46,180 bases of DNA from Lysobacterales bacterium (GTDB taxonomy: Bacteria > Pseudomonadota > Gammaproteobacteria > Xanthomonadales > SZUA-5): contig JAGRJL010000025.1 in the NCBI GenBank assembly GCA_020442775.1, forward strand, positions 1-46,180, written 5' to 3'. This document shows, in pieces, positions 16,898-25,254 of this stretch. Under the pieces are notes generated by a model. The model was not told where the DNA came from. It ran no database searches and was given only the letters and a program-made list of their open reading frames with translations. Both the position numbers and the translations under genes were made by a program. Every line of letters starts with the position of its first letter. Positions within the stretch are counted from its first letter, which is position 1.

Positions 16898-17650
16898 TCA
16901 AAACTCATCCAGATCGCCGCTGAGTTCCTTTTCCAGGTCGTCGGCGGCAATCAGCACATGCTCCACCGCGCTGATCAGCACGTCGCGCCTGGCGCTGGCC
17001 GGGACCCTCGCCTCGGCCAGCCAATAGCCGCGATCCCAGCTCCAGTTGCTCAGGGTTGATCGGGCGTTGGCGGCGATCAGCCGCGCGGCCAGTCCGGGAT
17101 CGATGCTGGGGCTGCGCTGGGCGATGGCGTACACGGTACGCCAGTCCTTGCCGGCGAATCGGCTCACTGAACTCTCTACCAGAGCGACCTGGCTGCGGCC
17201 ACCCTGCCACTGCCGCTGCACCCGCAGATTGCCGCTGTGGCGGAGCACTTCCGGATTGAGGCCGGCTTCGTGCAGTGCGCTAATCATTTCGGGATCGGGA
17301 TTGGTGAAGCGCGGTGGGGTGGTCCAGTCGGCGGGCTTGGATTGCTCCAGCGAATCACCCGGTCGCCAGCGTTCACCCTTTTCCAGCGAGCGTTCCGGCT
17401 TGGGCAGCAGTTCCGGGTGATTGGGCAACGCCGGGCTGGGTGCTGGCGTCACCTTGGCCGCGGGGGGCAACACCGTGGCGGTCTGGGCCGCCGGCATCTG
17501 CTGCGCAGCATTTTCCAGCGCCGACTGCTGCGCCAGCCACAGGCGCGAGGAGATCAGCGCAACCACCAGCATGGCCGCCAGCGCCCATAGTGCCCACTGC
17601 CGGTGGCGGTGGGAGCGGGAGCGGTGGGTTCGGCGTCGGTGGCTGCTCAT
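16898..17650 (-). CDS. Hypothetical membrane-anchored protein (250 aa)
   Basis: Arg/His-rich N-terminus (MSSHRRRTHRSRSHRHRQW), one TM helix (ALWALAAMLVVALISS), a Pro/Ala-rich linker and a globular C-terminal domain. No family recognised. It sits 7 nt downstream of the DUF192 gene, so the two are probably co-transcribed. Confidence 0.65.
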   Translation of the reverse strand: MSSHRRRTHRSRSHRHRQWALWALAAMLVVALISSRLWLAQQSALENAAQQMPAAQTATVLPPAAKVTPAPSPALPNHPELLPKPERSLEKGERWRPGDSLEQSKPADWTTPPRFTNPDPEMISALHEAGLNPEVLRHSGNLRVQRQWQGGRSQVALVESSVSRFAGKDWRTVYAIAQRSPSIDPGLAARLIAANARSTLSNWSWDRGYWLAEARVPASARRDVLISAVEHVLIAADDLEKELSGDLDEF

Positions 17651-17657
17651 CGCTCGG

Positions 17658-18104
17658 TCAGTTCAACTCCGCCGGCAAGGTCAGGCTGTCGCCACGAGAT
17701 ATACCCAGCCGCTTGGCAACTCCGGCGTTGAGCTCAAGAATGTAGCGGGCCGCTGCCCCGCCGCCATCATAGGTGGGGCATTGGGAGGCGTTGCAGGGAG
17801 GTACGCCGAGCGCTTCCCCGACCAGCTTGGCGTTCTCGTCAAAATACAGAATATCCAGTGGAATCCGGCAGTTGCGCATCCAGAAGGTGCGCCTTGCCGA
17901 GTCGTTGTAGACAAAGAGCATGCCTGCATCAGGATCCATGCGGTCGCGAAACATCAGCCCCCGCGCCTGCTCTTCGGCGTCGTCGGCAATCTCGATGCGA
18001 AATCGCTCTCCCTTCAACTCGACGGTGGGCTCGGCGCCGGCGCAGCCGCCAAGGGTTAACATCGCGAGCGTAATTGCAGCGGACTTGAATAGCGGGTTGG
18101 ACAT
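17658..18104 (-). CDS. DUF192 (COG1430) family periplasmic protein
   Basis: Lipoprotein-like signal (LAMLTLGGCAG), then RGLMFR...GMLFVY......FWMRNCRIPLDILYFD...YILELNAG, which is the conserved DUF192 pattern. Confidence 0.8.
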   Translation of the reverse strand: MSNPLFKSAAITLAMLTLGGCAGAEPTVELKGERFRIEIADDAEEQARGLMFRDRMDPDAGMLFVYNDSARRTFWMRNCRIPLDILYFDENAKLVGEALGVPPCNASQCPTYDGGGAAARYILELNAGVAKRLGISRGDSLTLPAELN

Positions 18105-18245
18105 CCGGCGAGGGTCCCGAGTCGATAAATCCCGATCCTAACCCAGTGGCTCCGCCGCAGGTACGCAGGAAGCGCACTTTCACAATCTGGCATCCTGCCG
18201 GTGACCCGAGCATGCTAATGCCCACCCGGCGTTTCGGATTCAACG

Positions 18246-19418
18246 ATGACAGTTACCAGGCCAGCCAACCGGATCCCGCGCAATCTCTGGCTGGTCGGGT
18301 TGATCAGTCTATTCACCGACTGGTCCAGCCAGATGATCTTTCCGTTGCTGCCGTTGTTTCTGACCCAGTCGCTGGGTGCGGGTGCAGCGGTGGTGGGTCT
18401 GGTGGAAGGGGCGGCCGAGAGCGTGGCGGCGCTGCTCAAGCTGTGGTCAGGGGGGCTTTCGGACCGGATGGCCAGGCGCAAGCCCTTCGTGGTGGCGGGC
18501 TACGCGGCCTCCAGCCTGGCCAAGGCGCTGTTCGTGCTGGCCAATGGTTGGGCTACGGTGCTGCTGGCGCGAGTCGTTGAACGGATCGGCAAGGGGGTGC
18601 GCTCTGCGCCCAGAGATGCACTTGTGGCGGATACCGTGCCGGCCAGCGAGCGCGGAGGCGCCTACGGCTGGCAGCGGGCGATGGACGGTGCCGGCTCGAT
18701 GCTGGGGGCACTCACTGCGCTGCTGCTGATCGGATTTTTTTCCTACAAGACGGTTTTCGCACTGGCATTGATTCCGGCGGTTGTCGCGCTCTTTCTCACC
18801 ACTCGACTGCAGGAGCCAGCCGAAGCGTCTGCTCGTTCCGCTTCCCGGGCACTCAGTCTGCCCCGCCTTGACCGCGGCACCGCCGCCGCGGTGTGGGCCG
18901 CTGCCGCCTTTGCCTTCTCGCGCCTGAGCTTCGCCTTTCTGCTCCTGGCGGGGCTGGATCGCGGCGCGGGCGCCCAGGGGGTGCTGGCGGCCTACGCGCT
19001 ATATCAGGCGGTCTACACGCTGAGCAGTCCACGCGCCGGCAAGGCTTCTGACCGCTGGGGCAGGCGGCCGGTGCTGCTGACGGGCTACGGGCTGCAGCTG
19101 CTGATGCTGCTGGTGCTGGCCGAGGGCAGTCTGTTGTCGGTGGTGATCGCGGGGATGATCTACGGCGTTTCCGAGGCGGCAGTGGACGGCACTCAGCGCG
19201 CCTGGATTGTCGATCACGCCGCGGGTGAAGGGCGCGGCGGTGCGCTGGGTTGGTATCACGCCGCGATCGCTGCCACCGCATTACCCGGCGCCTGGCTGCT
19301 GGGATTGATCTGGCAGGACCATGGCGCTCCCACCGCCTGCGCCCTGTCTGCCGCGCTGACCCTGATCGCGGCGCTGGCGCTGTGGCGGGTGCCGTCACCG
19401 CGGCAAAATCCCGGCTAA
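18246..19418 (+). CDS. MFS transporter (390 aa)
   Basis: About 12 hydrophobic segments. MFS loop 2-3 signature GGLSDRMARRKPF and its repeat GKASDRWGRRPVL in the second half. Confidence 0.85.
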   Translation: MTVTRPANRIPRNLWLVGLISLFTDWSSQMIFPLLPLFLTQSLGAGAAVVGLVEGAAESVAALLKLWSGGLSDRMARRKPFVVAGYAASSLAKALFVLANGWATVLLARVVERIGKGVRSAPRDALVADTVPASERGGAYGWQRAMDGAGSMLGALTALLLIGFFSYKTVFALALIPAVVALFLTTRLQEPAEASARSASRALSLPRLDRGTAAAVWAAAAFAFSRLSFAFLLLAGLDRGAGAQGVLAAYALYQAVYTLSSPRAGKASDRWGRRPVLLTGYGLQLLMLLVLAEGSLLSVVIAGMIYGVSEAAVDGTQRAWIVDHAAGEGRGGALGWYHAAIAATALPGAWLLGLIWQDHGAPTACALSAALTLIAALALWRVPSPRQNPG

Positions 19419-19441
19419 TTGCCTCCGTTACGCGACCGGAT

Positions 19442-20050
19442 TCAGCGGCCGAGGATCTGACGGAAGGTCAGATTGATCCGTTCGCGGTCAACGCCGCGTT
19501 CCTTGGGCAGGGCGTGCCGCCAATGTCGCTGGGTCTGCCCCGCCATCAGCAACAGGGACCCGTGGGCCAGGGTCAGCTGCAGCCGTTGACCGGTGCCTTG
19601 GTGCTTCAGACAGAAACGTCTGGGTGCCCCGAGGCTGATCGAGGCAATCAGTGGCTCGGGGCCCAACTCCGGCTCGTTGTCGGCGTGCCAGCCCATGCTG
19701 TCGTTGCCGTCCCTGTAGCGATTGACCAGCACGCCGTTGAAGCGCTGACCCAAGGTTTCCTGTAGCGAATCGGCAATTTGGCTGAGGACTGGGGTCCATG
19801 GATGGGGTTGATGTCGGGTTCCCGAATAGGCGTAGCTGGCGTCCGGGTCGCCGTGCCAACTCGATAGCCTGGGCGAGGTGATCGAGCGTCCGTAGATACG
19901 CACCTGGTGGGTGGACCAGGGAATCTCCGCGCGCAGCGCTGTCAGCCATTGGTCAGCCGCGACGGGCGTTTGCCAGGTGGCCAGATAGCCCAGGTCGCCG
20001 CCATCCAGGGTGATTCGTTCCAGGCCGTCAATCTGCGCCATCAACAGCAA
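19442..20050 (-). CDS. alkB: Fe(II)/2-oxoglutarate-dependent DNA/RNA demethylase AlkB
   Basis: VLVNRYRDGNDSMGWHADNEPELG...IASISLGAPRRFCLKH...LAHGSLLLMAGQTQRHWRHALPK carries the HxD...H iron triad and the RxxxxxR motif of AlkB. Confidence 0.9.
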   Translation of the reverse strand: MLLMAQIDGLERITLDGGDLGYLATWQTPVAADQWLTALRAEIPWSTHQVRIYGRSITSPRLSSWHGDPDASYAYSGTRHQPHPWTPVLSQIADSLQETLGQRFNGVLVNRYRDGNDSMGWHADNEPELGPEPLIASISLGAPRRFCLKHQGTGQRLQLTLAHGSLLLMAGQTQRHWRHALPKERGVDRERINLTFRQILGR

Positions 20051-20146
20051 AGATCACCTCGACCGGCGATGGGAAGGGGGTCGCCGGGGCCGGGCGTGGG
20101 CGACTTGCAGGGACTATACTTAGGATGTTGATTTGGAGAAGTGCTG

Positions 20147-21559
20147 ATGGCCGACACCCCGCAACCGTCGATGTACAGCGCACTGGAGCGTCAGCGTGCG
20201 GCGCACCTGCAGGCGCCCTTTGATTATGCCGAAAGGGTCCGCTTGCTGAAGGCCCTGCGAGCCGCCGTGCGCTCCCGCAAGGAAGCATTCGCTGCGGCGA
20301 TCTCGGCTGATTTCGGGCGTCGCTCCCGACACGAGACCATGATCGCCGAGGTGATGATGATCCTCGGCGACATCGATCACCATCTGCGCTTTTTGCGTCG
20401 CTGGATGCGCCCGCGTCCGGTCCCTGCCGATGCCCTGTTTCAACCCGGGCGCTGCGAGATTCGGCCCCAGGCACTGGGCGTGATCGGCGTGATTTCACCG
20501 TGGAATTATCCCGCGCAGCTGGCGCTGATGCCGATCACGGCGGCGCTGGCGGCCGGCAACCGGGTGATGCTCAAGCCCTCAGAGCTGACCCCGCGGACCT
20601 CGGAACTGCTGGCCGAGTTGATCCAGTCCTGCTTCCAGCCGACCGAGGTGGAATGCGTGCTGGGCGGTGCGGAGGTCGCTGCCGCCTTCTCGGCGCTGCC
20701 CTTCGATCACCTGGTGTTTACCGGTTCGACCGCTGTCGGTCGGGTGGTGATGCAGGCGGCGGCCCGCAATCTGACCCCGGTGACCCTGGAACTAGGTGGC
20801 AAGTCGCCGGCGCTGGTGGCCGAGAACTTCCCGATGGCCGAAGCGGTGGATCGCCTGGTGGCGGGCAAGTTCATGAATGCCGGGCAGACCTGCATCGCGC
20901 CGGACTATGTGCTGGTGCCGCAAGCGCAGCGGGAAAGCTTCGTGCGGACCATGATGGCCGAGATCGAACGTCGCTACCCCAGCCTGATGCAGTCGCCGGA
21001 CTACACCACCATCGTCAGCGACCGCCACTACCAGCGTCTGCAAACCCTGGTCGAGGAAGCCGAACAAGGCGGCGCGCGGGTGTTCCGTGCCAATCCCGCG
21101 GGCGAACCGATCCCGGCGGAAAGTCGGGTATTCCCGCCCACCCTGCTGCTCGATACGCCGGCCGATTGCGGGCTGATGCGTGAGGAGATCTTCGGACCGG
21201 TGCTGCCGGTGCTTGGCTACACCAGCCTGGAAGGCGCCATCGCCCACATCAACGGTCAGGACCGACCATTGGCGCTCTATCTGTTTGACCGCGATCCGGC
21301 GCGCGCAGAAAAGGTGCTGGGGGCGACCATTTCCGGTGGCGTGTCGATCAACGACACCCTGTTCCATATTGCTCAGAGCGGCTTGCCCTTCGGCGGCGTG
21401 GGGCCTTCGGGGATTGGTCACTACCACGGACCCTACGGCTTCGATGCCCTGTCCAAGCTCAAGCCGGTGTTCAAACAGGCGCGCTGGCACAGCATGGGGC
21501 TGCTCAATCCACCCTATCGGCGTCTGGCCGATTTTCTGGCCGGCTTCCTGACCCGCTAG
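20147..21559 (+). CDS. NAD(P)-dependent aldehyde dehydrogenase (coniferyl-aldehyde dehydrogenase-like)
   Basis: ATG 20147 lies 6 nt after GGAGAA. ALDH motifs: ISPWNYP, FTGSTAVGR, LELGGKSP, catalytic Cys context GQTCIAPDY, EEIFGPVLP. Confidence 0.9.
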   Translation: MADTPQPSMYSALERQRAAHLQAPFDYAERVRLLKALRAAVRSRKEAFAAAISADFGRRSRHETMIAEVMMILGDIDHHLRFLRRWMRPRPVPADALFQPGRCEIRPQALGVIGVISPWNYPAQLALMPITAALAAGNRVMLKPSELTPRTSELLAELIQSCFQPTEVECVLGGAEVAAAFSALPFDHLVFTGSTAVGRVVMQAAARNLTPVTLELGGKSPALVAENFPMAEAVDRLVAGKFMNAGQTCIAPDYVLVPQAQRESFVRTMMAEIERRYPSLMQSPDYTTIVSDRHYQRLQTLVEEAEQGGARVFRANPAGEPIPAESRVFPPTLLLDTPADCGLMREEIFGPVLPVLGYTSLEGAIAHINGQDRPLALYLFDRDPARAEKVLGATISGGVSINDTLFHIAQSGLPFGGVGPSGIGHYHGPYGFDALSKLKPVFKQARWHSMGLLNPPYRRLADFLAGFLTR

Positions 21560-21640
21560 CGATAGTGCGTCGGCACAGACCGGTTATGCGTTTCCGCAGC
21601 CGCCGTTGTTCGGCGGCCGCGGAGACACGGTATGCAGCGA

Positions 21641-22066
21641 TCAGTCCTTGCGCAGGCTGTCGCGGATCTCGGTGAGCAGCTTCACTTCGGCAGAGGGCTC
21701 CGGCGGCGCGGCCGGCGCGGCCTCTTCCTTGCGCTTCATGCTGTTGATCGCCTTGACCACCATGAAGATGGCGAAAGCGACGATCAGGAAATCAAAGGCG
21801 GCCTGTACGAACAAGCCGTACTGCAGCAGGACCGCCGGCGCGCTTTCGCTGCCGTCAGCAGCCACCTCCGCTGCCTTGAGTACGATTGCCTGATCGGAAA
21901 AATCAACGCCGCCCACCAGCAGCCCCAACAGCGGCATCACGATCCCCGACACCAGCGAGGAGACGATCTTGCCGAAGGCCGCGCCGATCACCACACCCAC
22001 GGCAAGGTCGACCACATTGCCGCGCATCGCGAATTCCTTGAACTCCCCCATCATGCCCATGCTCAT
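21641..22066 (-). CDS. mscL: Large-conductance mechanosensitive channel
   Basis: [43 protein letters not shown]...[25 protein letters not shown] is near-identical in pattern to E. coli MscL. Start is one of the ATGs at 22066/22060/22054. The 148-aa N-terminal extension of track ORF 21641..22510 is not coding. Confidence 0.95.
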   Translation of the reverse strand: MSMGMMGEFKEFAMRGNVVDLAVGVVIGAAFGKIVSSLVSGIVMPLLGLLVGGVDFSDQAIVLKAAEVAADGSESAPAVLLQYGLFVQAAFDFLIVAFAIFMVVKAINSMKRKEEAAPAAPPEPSAEVKLLTEIRDSLRKD

Positions 22067-22235
22067 TCCCCAATGGCCAATGCCGATCCGTCTGGTCGGT
22101 GCGCTGGAGGTTAGCAGAGCCGGTCGTTGATCTGACGTGCATGGGGTCGCGCGATGTGGCGTGCGGGTCACGAATTGCCGGGTGCGCGTCGAAAATGGGG
22201 TAAGGTCACCCCGGGGGCAGGCAAAAGGGGTGGCG

Positions 22236-22706
22236 ATGGCAGAGGGAATCCTGGGGTGGCGCGAGTGGGTCAGCTTGCCCGCATTGGGGGTGTCAGCGGT
22301 CAAGGCCAAGGTGGATACCGGGGCTCGCTCCTCGGCGCTGCATGTGTTGTGGCAGGAGCGCTTTGAGGCTGCCGGGCAGCCCTGGGTGAGGTTCGAAGTG
22401 GAGTCGATGGGTGCCGGAACCGAGCGGATTCGCTGCGAAGCTCCGGTAGAGGACGAACGTCCGGTCACCGATTCGGGCGGGCACACCATCCTCAGGCCGT
22501 TTATACGCACCGAATTGCTGGTCGGAGAGCGCCGCTATCCGATCGAGCTGAACCTGGTCGAGCGCCACCGAATGCGCTTTGCGATGTTGCTGGGGCGAAC
22601 CGCGCTGGAGGGCAATTTTCTGGTCGATCCCGGACGCTCCTATGTGTCCGGCAGAACTCACGCGCCGCCCAGAAAGGCGCGCAAGCGGCTGGCGACCGGC
22701 TCCTGA
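22236..22706 (+). CDS. Retropepsin-like aspartic protease (RimK-associated 'ATP-dependent zinc protease' family, DUF785/COG4067)
   Basis: [30 protein letters not shown] (D-T-G active-site motif) ...RPVTDSGGH...RPFI...[22 protein letters not shown]. No rimK gene is adjacent. Confidence 0.75.
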   Translation: MAEGILGWREWVSLPALGVSAVKAKVDTGARSSALHVLWQERFEAAGQPWVRFEVESMGAGTERIRCEAPVEDERPVTDSGGHTILRPFIRTELLVGERRYPIELNLVERHRMRFAMLLGRTALEGNFLVDPGRSYVSGRTHAPPRKARKRLATGS

Positions 22707-22931
22707 GCGGCGCTGCTGGTGACCGCCGCGGTGGCGATGGCGTCGCTGTCGAGCGATCACGGAGCGCATCATTGGCTCTGTGCGATTTGACCCCTCGTTC
22801 ATTCTTGTCGATCGATTTCAGGTTAATCTTGCGCCTCAACAAGGCACGTACCCCGAGTGCGTCGCCCGATCGCCAGGAGCGATCAACCACGCTGGTTCTC
22901 TATTCGAAATTTGCCTGGAGGCAATGACCTG

Positions 22932-23939
22932 ATGCGCGCATCTCAGAGTTGGCTCTCGCTCGTTTTGCTGCTGCTCGCCGCCCCTGCTATCGCGGGCGGA
23001 ATTGCGCACAACTTCAACGGTCGCTGGGGCGACATGGAGATCTACGACGCCGAGAGCACGCTCTCGTTCCGGGTCAATCTCCCGCGCCTGTCCGAGCGCG
23101 TCGCGCCCTGTTCCACCTTCTACATCCCGGCAGCGGTAATCGCCCTCAAGTCGGGCTTGATCAAGCCGGCGGTCACCGAGATCAGCCGGGCCCAGTCGGA
23201 CATCCCGCCGACCCACTATTGGCCCAGCGCCTGGCGCGCGCAGAAACACAATCTGCGCAGCGCCGCGGAAAACTCGGTGCCCTGGTATCTGGCCGACATC
23301 ACCAACAAGCGCGGCGCAGTCAAGCTCAAGGCGGATCTGGCCGCGCTCAAGTATGGCAATGCGGACATCAGCGGCGGCCTGGACGGATTCTGGCGCTCCA
23401 GCAGCCTGCGCATCTCCGGACTTGAGCAGGTGGACTTCCTGCGCAGCGTGCGCGAAGGAAGGGTCGGTCTGAATCGGCAGCAAACCCAGGTGTTGCTGGA
23501 CTCGCTGCGGCTGATGAGCGAGGGCGAGCACGTGCTCTACGGCAAGACCGGTTCCTGCGTACGCGGCGAGGATGATCTCTACGGATTGTTCGTCGGATTC
23601 GTCGAGCAGGCGGGCAAGCCGCGGGCCTATTTCTCGCTCACCGTGGACGGCACTTCGGTCGCCGATGTGGCCACGGTGAGACGGCAGATCGTGATCAACA
23701 GCCTGATCGAACTGGGGTTCTGGCCCGCTCCGCCGGAGCCGGTGACCACCCTGGTTGCCGACAGTGGCGAACTCTCTGGAACGGCACCGGTGACTGACGC
23801 CGGCGTCGTTGTGGCTGCGCCGACGGACACCGCCGAAAGTGCCCCGGCGGCACCGATGGCCGAACCCGCAGCGGTCACCCCGATCGCCGAAGGCGAGCCG
23901 CAGCCCGCACCAGTCGCCCCGGTGGTCGAGGGCGATTGA
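22932..23939 (+). CDS. Secreted class-D beta-lactamase / penicillin-binding-fold protein with non-canonical active site (STFY) and Pro/Ala-rich tail (335 aa)
   Basis: GGAGG at 22917-22921, 10 nt before the ATG. Signal peptide LSLVLLLLAAPAIAG. OXA-like blocks: PCSTFYIPAAVIAL, ENSVPWY, KYGNADISGG, FWRSSSLRISGLEQVDFL, YGKTGS, LFVGFVE. The codon at 23121-23123 is TAC (Tyr) where class D enzymes have the carbamylated Lys. Confidence 0.8.
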   Translation: MRASQSWLSLVLLLLAAPAIAGGIAHNFNGRWGDMEIYDAESTLSFRVNLPRLSERVAPCSTFYIPAAVIALKSGLIKPAVTEISRAQSDIPPTHYWPSAWRAQKHNLRSAAENSVPWYLADITNKRGAVKLKADLAALKYGNADISGGLDGFWRSSSLRISGLEQVDFLRSVREGRVGLNRQQTQVLLDSLRLMSEGEHVLYGKTGSCVRGEDDLYGLFVGFVEQAGKPRAYFSLTVDGTSVADVATVRRQIVINSLIELGFWPAPPEPVTTLVADSGELSGTAPVTDAGVVVAAPTDTAESAPAAPMAEPAAVTPIAEGEPQPAPVAPVVEGD

Positions 23940-24372
23940 TCCACCGCGGCGCGATTCCCGATCGCCTGCCCAAGGACCCTCTGTACAAGTCGCGTGAGCC
24001 GCGTTGTGACCCAGCTCGTTCGCAGCAAGTCGTCGTTTCGGCAAACCCCAGTCGTTCTACCGCACGAAAAACGCAACGCCGCTGTGGGCGATCTGGGCCG
24101 CAACCCTTCGGGACGGGGCTCCATTTCTGGATAGGAAATGGGGCCACCAGCGGCGTCAGTCACCTCGCCCTTAAGCGCAGGCCATGACCTTCAGCGCCTT
24201 CCTGCCTGGCGACCCGCGTCGCGGCCAAGGGACTTGTTCAGAGGGTCCTTAACGGTCAGCCAATTCCTTCTTAACGGCAATTTAAGTCGCCGCTCGGCAT
24301 CATGCGGACCGTGTAGTCCTGCATGGCACTCCGAAATCGTCAGCGCAGATTGCAGTAATCGGGGCAACTTAC

Positions 24373-24425
24373 GGCCCAAGCGAGGTGGATTCCCCCAACG
24401 CCATCCCGCTTGGGCCTTTCTTTTT
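24373..24425 (+). terminator. Strong intrinsic terminator in the 630-nt intergenic region (no annotated gene immediately upstream)
   Basis: Perfect 10-bp stem GGCCCAAGCG (24373-24382) / CGCTTGGGCC (24407-24416) with a 24-nt loop, followed directly by TTTCTTTTT (24417-24425). Confidence 0.6.
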
Positions 24426-24570
24426 GTGGCGATCGTGCATCGCCGGCATAAACGCAGGAAGCAGGAAACTGCTTTCGGTGATACTTGTGATCGGGGCGGT
24501 GGCCCCCATCAGCTCAATCTGAGGCAGCATCAGTAACTGCCGCGACCATCAGCAGCGAGTGTTGAAGCCT

Positions 24571-25254
24571 ATGCGCGTTCTGGTAATTGAAGACAATCCT
24601 GATATCGCGGCCAACATCGGCGATTTTCTGGAAGATCGTGGTCACGTTGTCGATTTCGGTGCCGATGGTGTGACCGGGCTGCATCTGGCGGTAGTCAATG
24701 ACTACGACGTGCTGGTGCTGGATCTGATGCTGCCGGGCATGGACGGGCTGGAGCTTTGTCGCAAGCTGCGTCAGGAAGCGCGCAAGCACACCCCGGTGCT
24801 GATGCTGACCGCGCGCGACAGCCTCCATCAGAAGCTGGCCGGCTTTGAAACCGGTGCAGATGACTACATGGTCAAACCCTTCGCGCTGCAGGAGCTGGAG
24901 GCGCGACTGCAGGTGCTGGTCCGACGCAGCAAGCCGCAGCAGGCGCGGATCCTGCACGTGGCCGATCTAAGCTTCAACCTCGATACCCTGGTGGTCACCC
25001 GCCAGGAAAAGGCGATCCAGCTCAACCCGATTGCGCTGAAGATCCTTCAGTGTCTGATGGAGGCCAGTCCCTCGGTGGTGACCCGCCAGGAACTGGAGAT
25101 GCGCGTGTGGGGTGAGGAACTGCCCGACAGCGATTCGCTGCGAGTGCATATCCACACCCTGCGCTCGGCCATCGACAAGCCCTTCGACGTTTCCCTGCTG
25201 CAGACCCGTCACGGCATTGGCTACCGCCTCGTCGACCCCCAAGCGGCATCGTAG
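24571..25254 (+). CDS. OmpR/PhoB-family response regulator (227 aa)
   Basis: MRVLVIEDNPDI...VLVLDLMLPGMDGLELC...LMLTARD...GADDYMVKPF receiver, plus a winged-helix output domain (...RVHIHTLRSAIDKPF...LLQTRHGIGYRL). Confidence 0.92.
   Translation: MRVLVIEDNPDIAANIGDFLEDRGHVVDFGADGVTGLHLAVVNDYDVLVLDLMLPGMDGLELCRKLRQEARKHTPVLMLTARDSLHQKLAGFETGADDYMVKPFALQELEARLQVLVRRSKPQQARILHVADLSFNLDTLVVTRQEKAIQLNPIALKILQCLMEASPSVVTRQELEMRVWGEELPDSDSLRVHIHTLRSAIDKPFDVSLLQTRHGIGYRLVDPQAAS

Noticed and set aside
21594-21622. Hairpin CCGCAGCCGCCG-TTGTT-CGGCGGCCGCGG between the convergent aldehyde dehydrogenase and mscL genes.
   Set aside because: This is a plausible bidirectional terminator stem (12 bp, one mismatch), but no U-tract follows on either strand, so it is not annotated as a terminator.
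22067-22510. 148-aa N-terminal extension of the mscL ORF (track ORF 21641..22510).
   Set aside because: Alignment to canonical MscL places the start at the [10 protein letters not shown] region. The extension is Arg/Ser/Pro-rich, overlaps the divergent promoter region and part of the opposite-strand protease gene, and has no MscL counterpart.
24138-24536. 132-aa ORF (plus 83-aa and 62-aa ORFs) inside the 630-nt intergenic region.
   Set aside because: There is no ribosome-binding site and the composition is implausible. The ORF also runs straight through a strong intrinsic terminator. The region is better explained as non-coding RNA or a leader.
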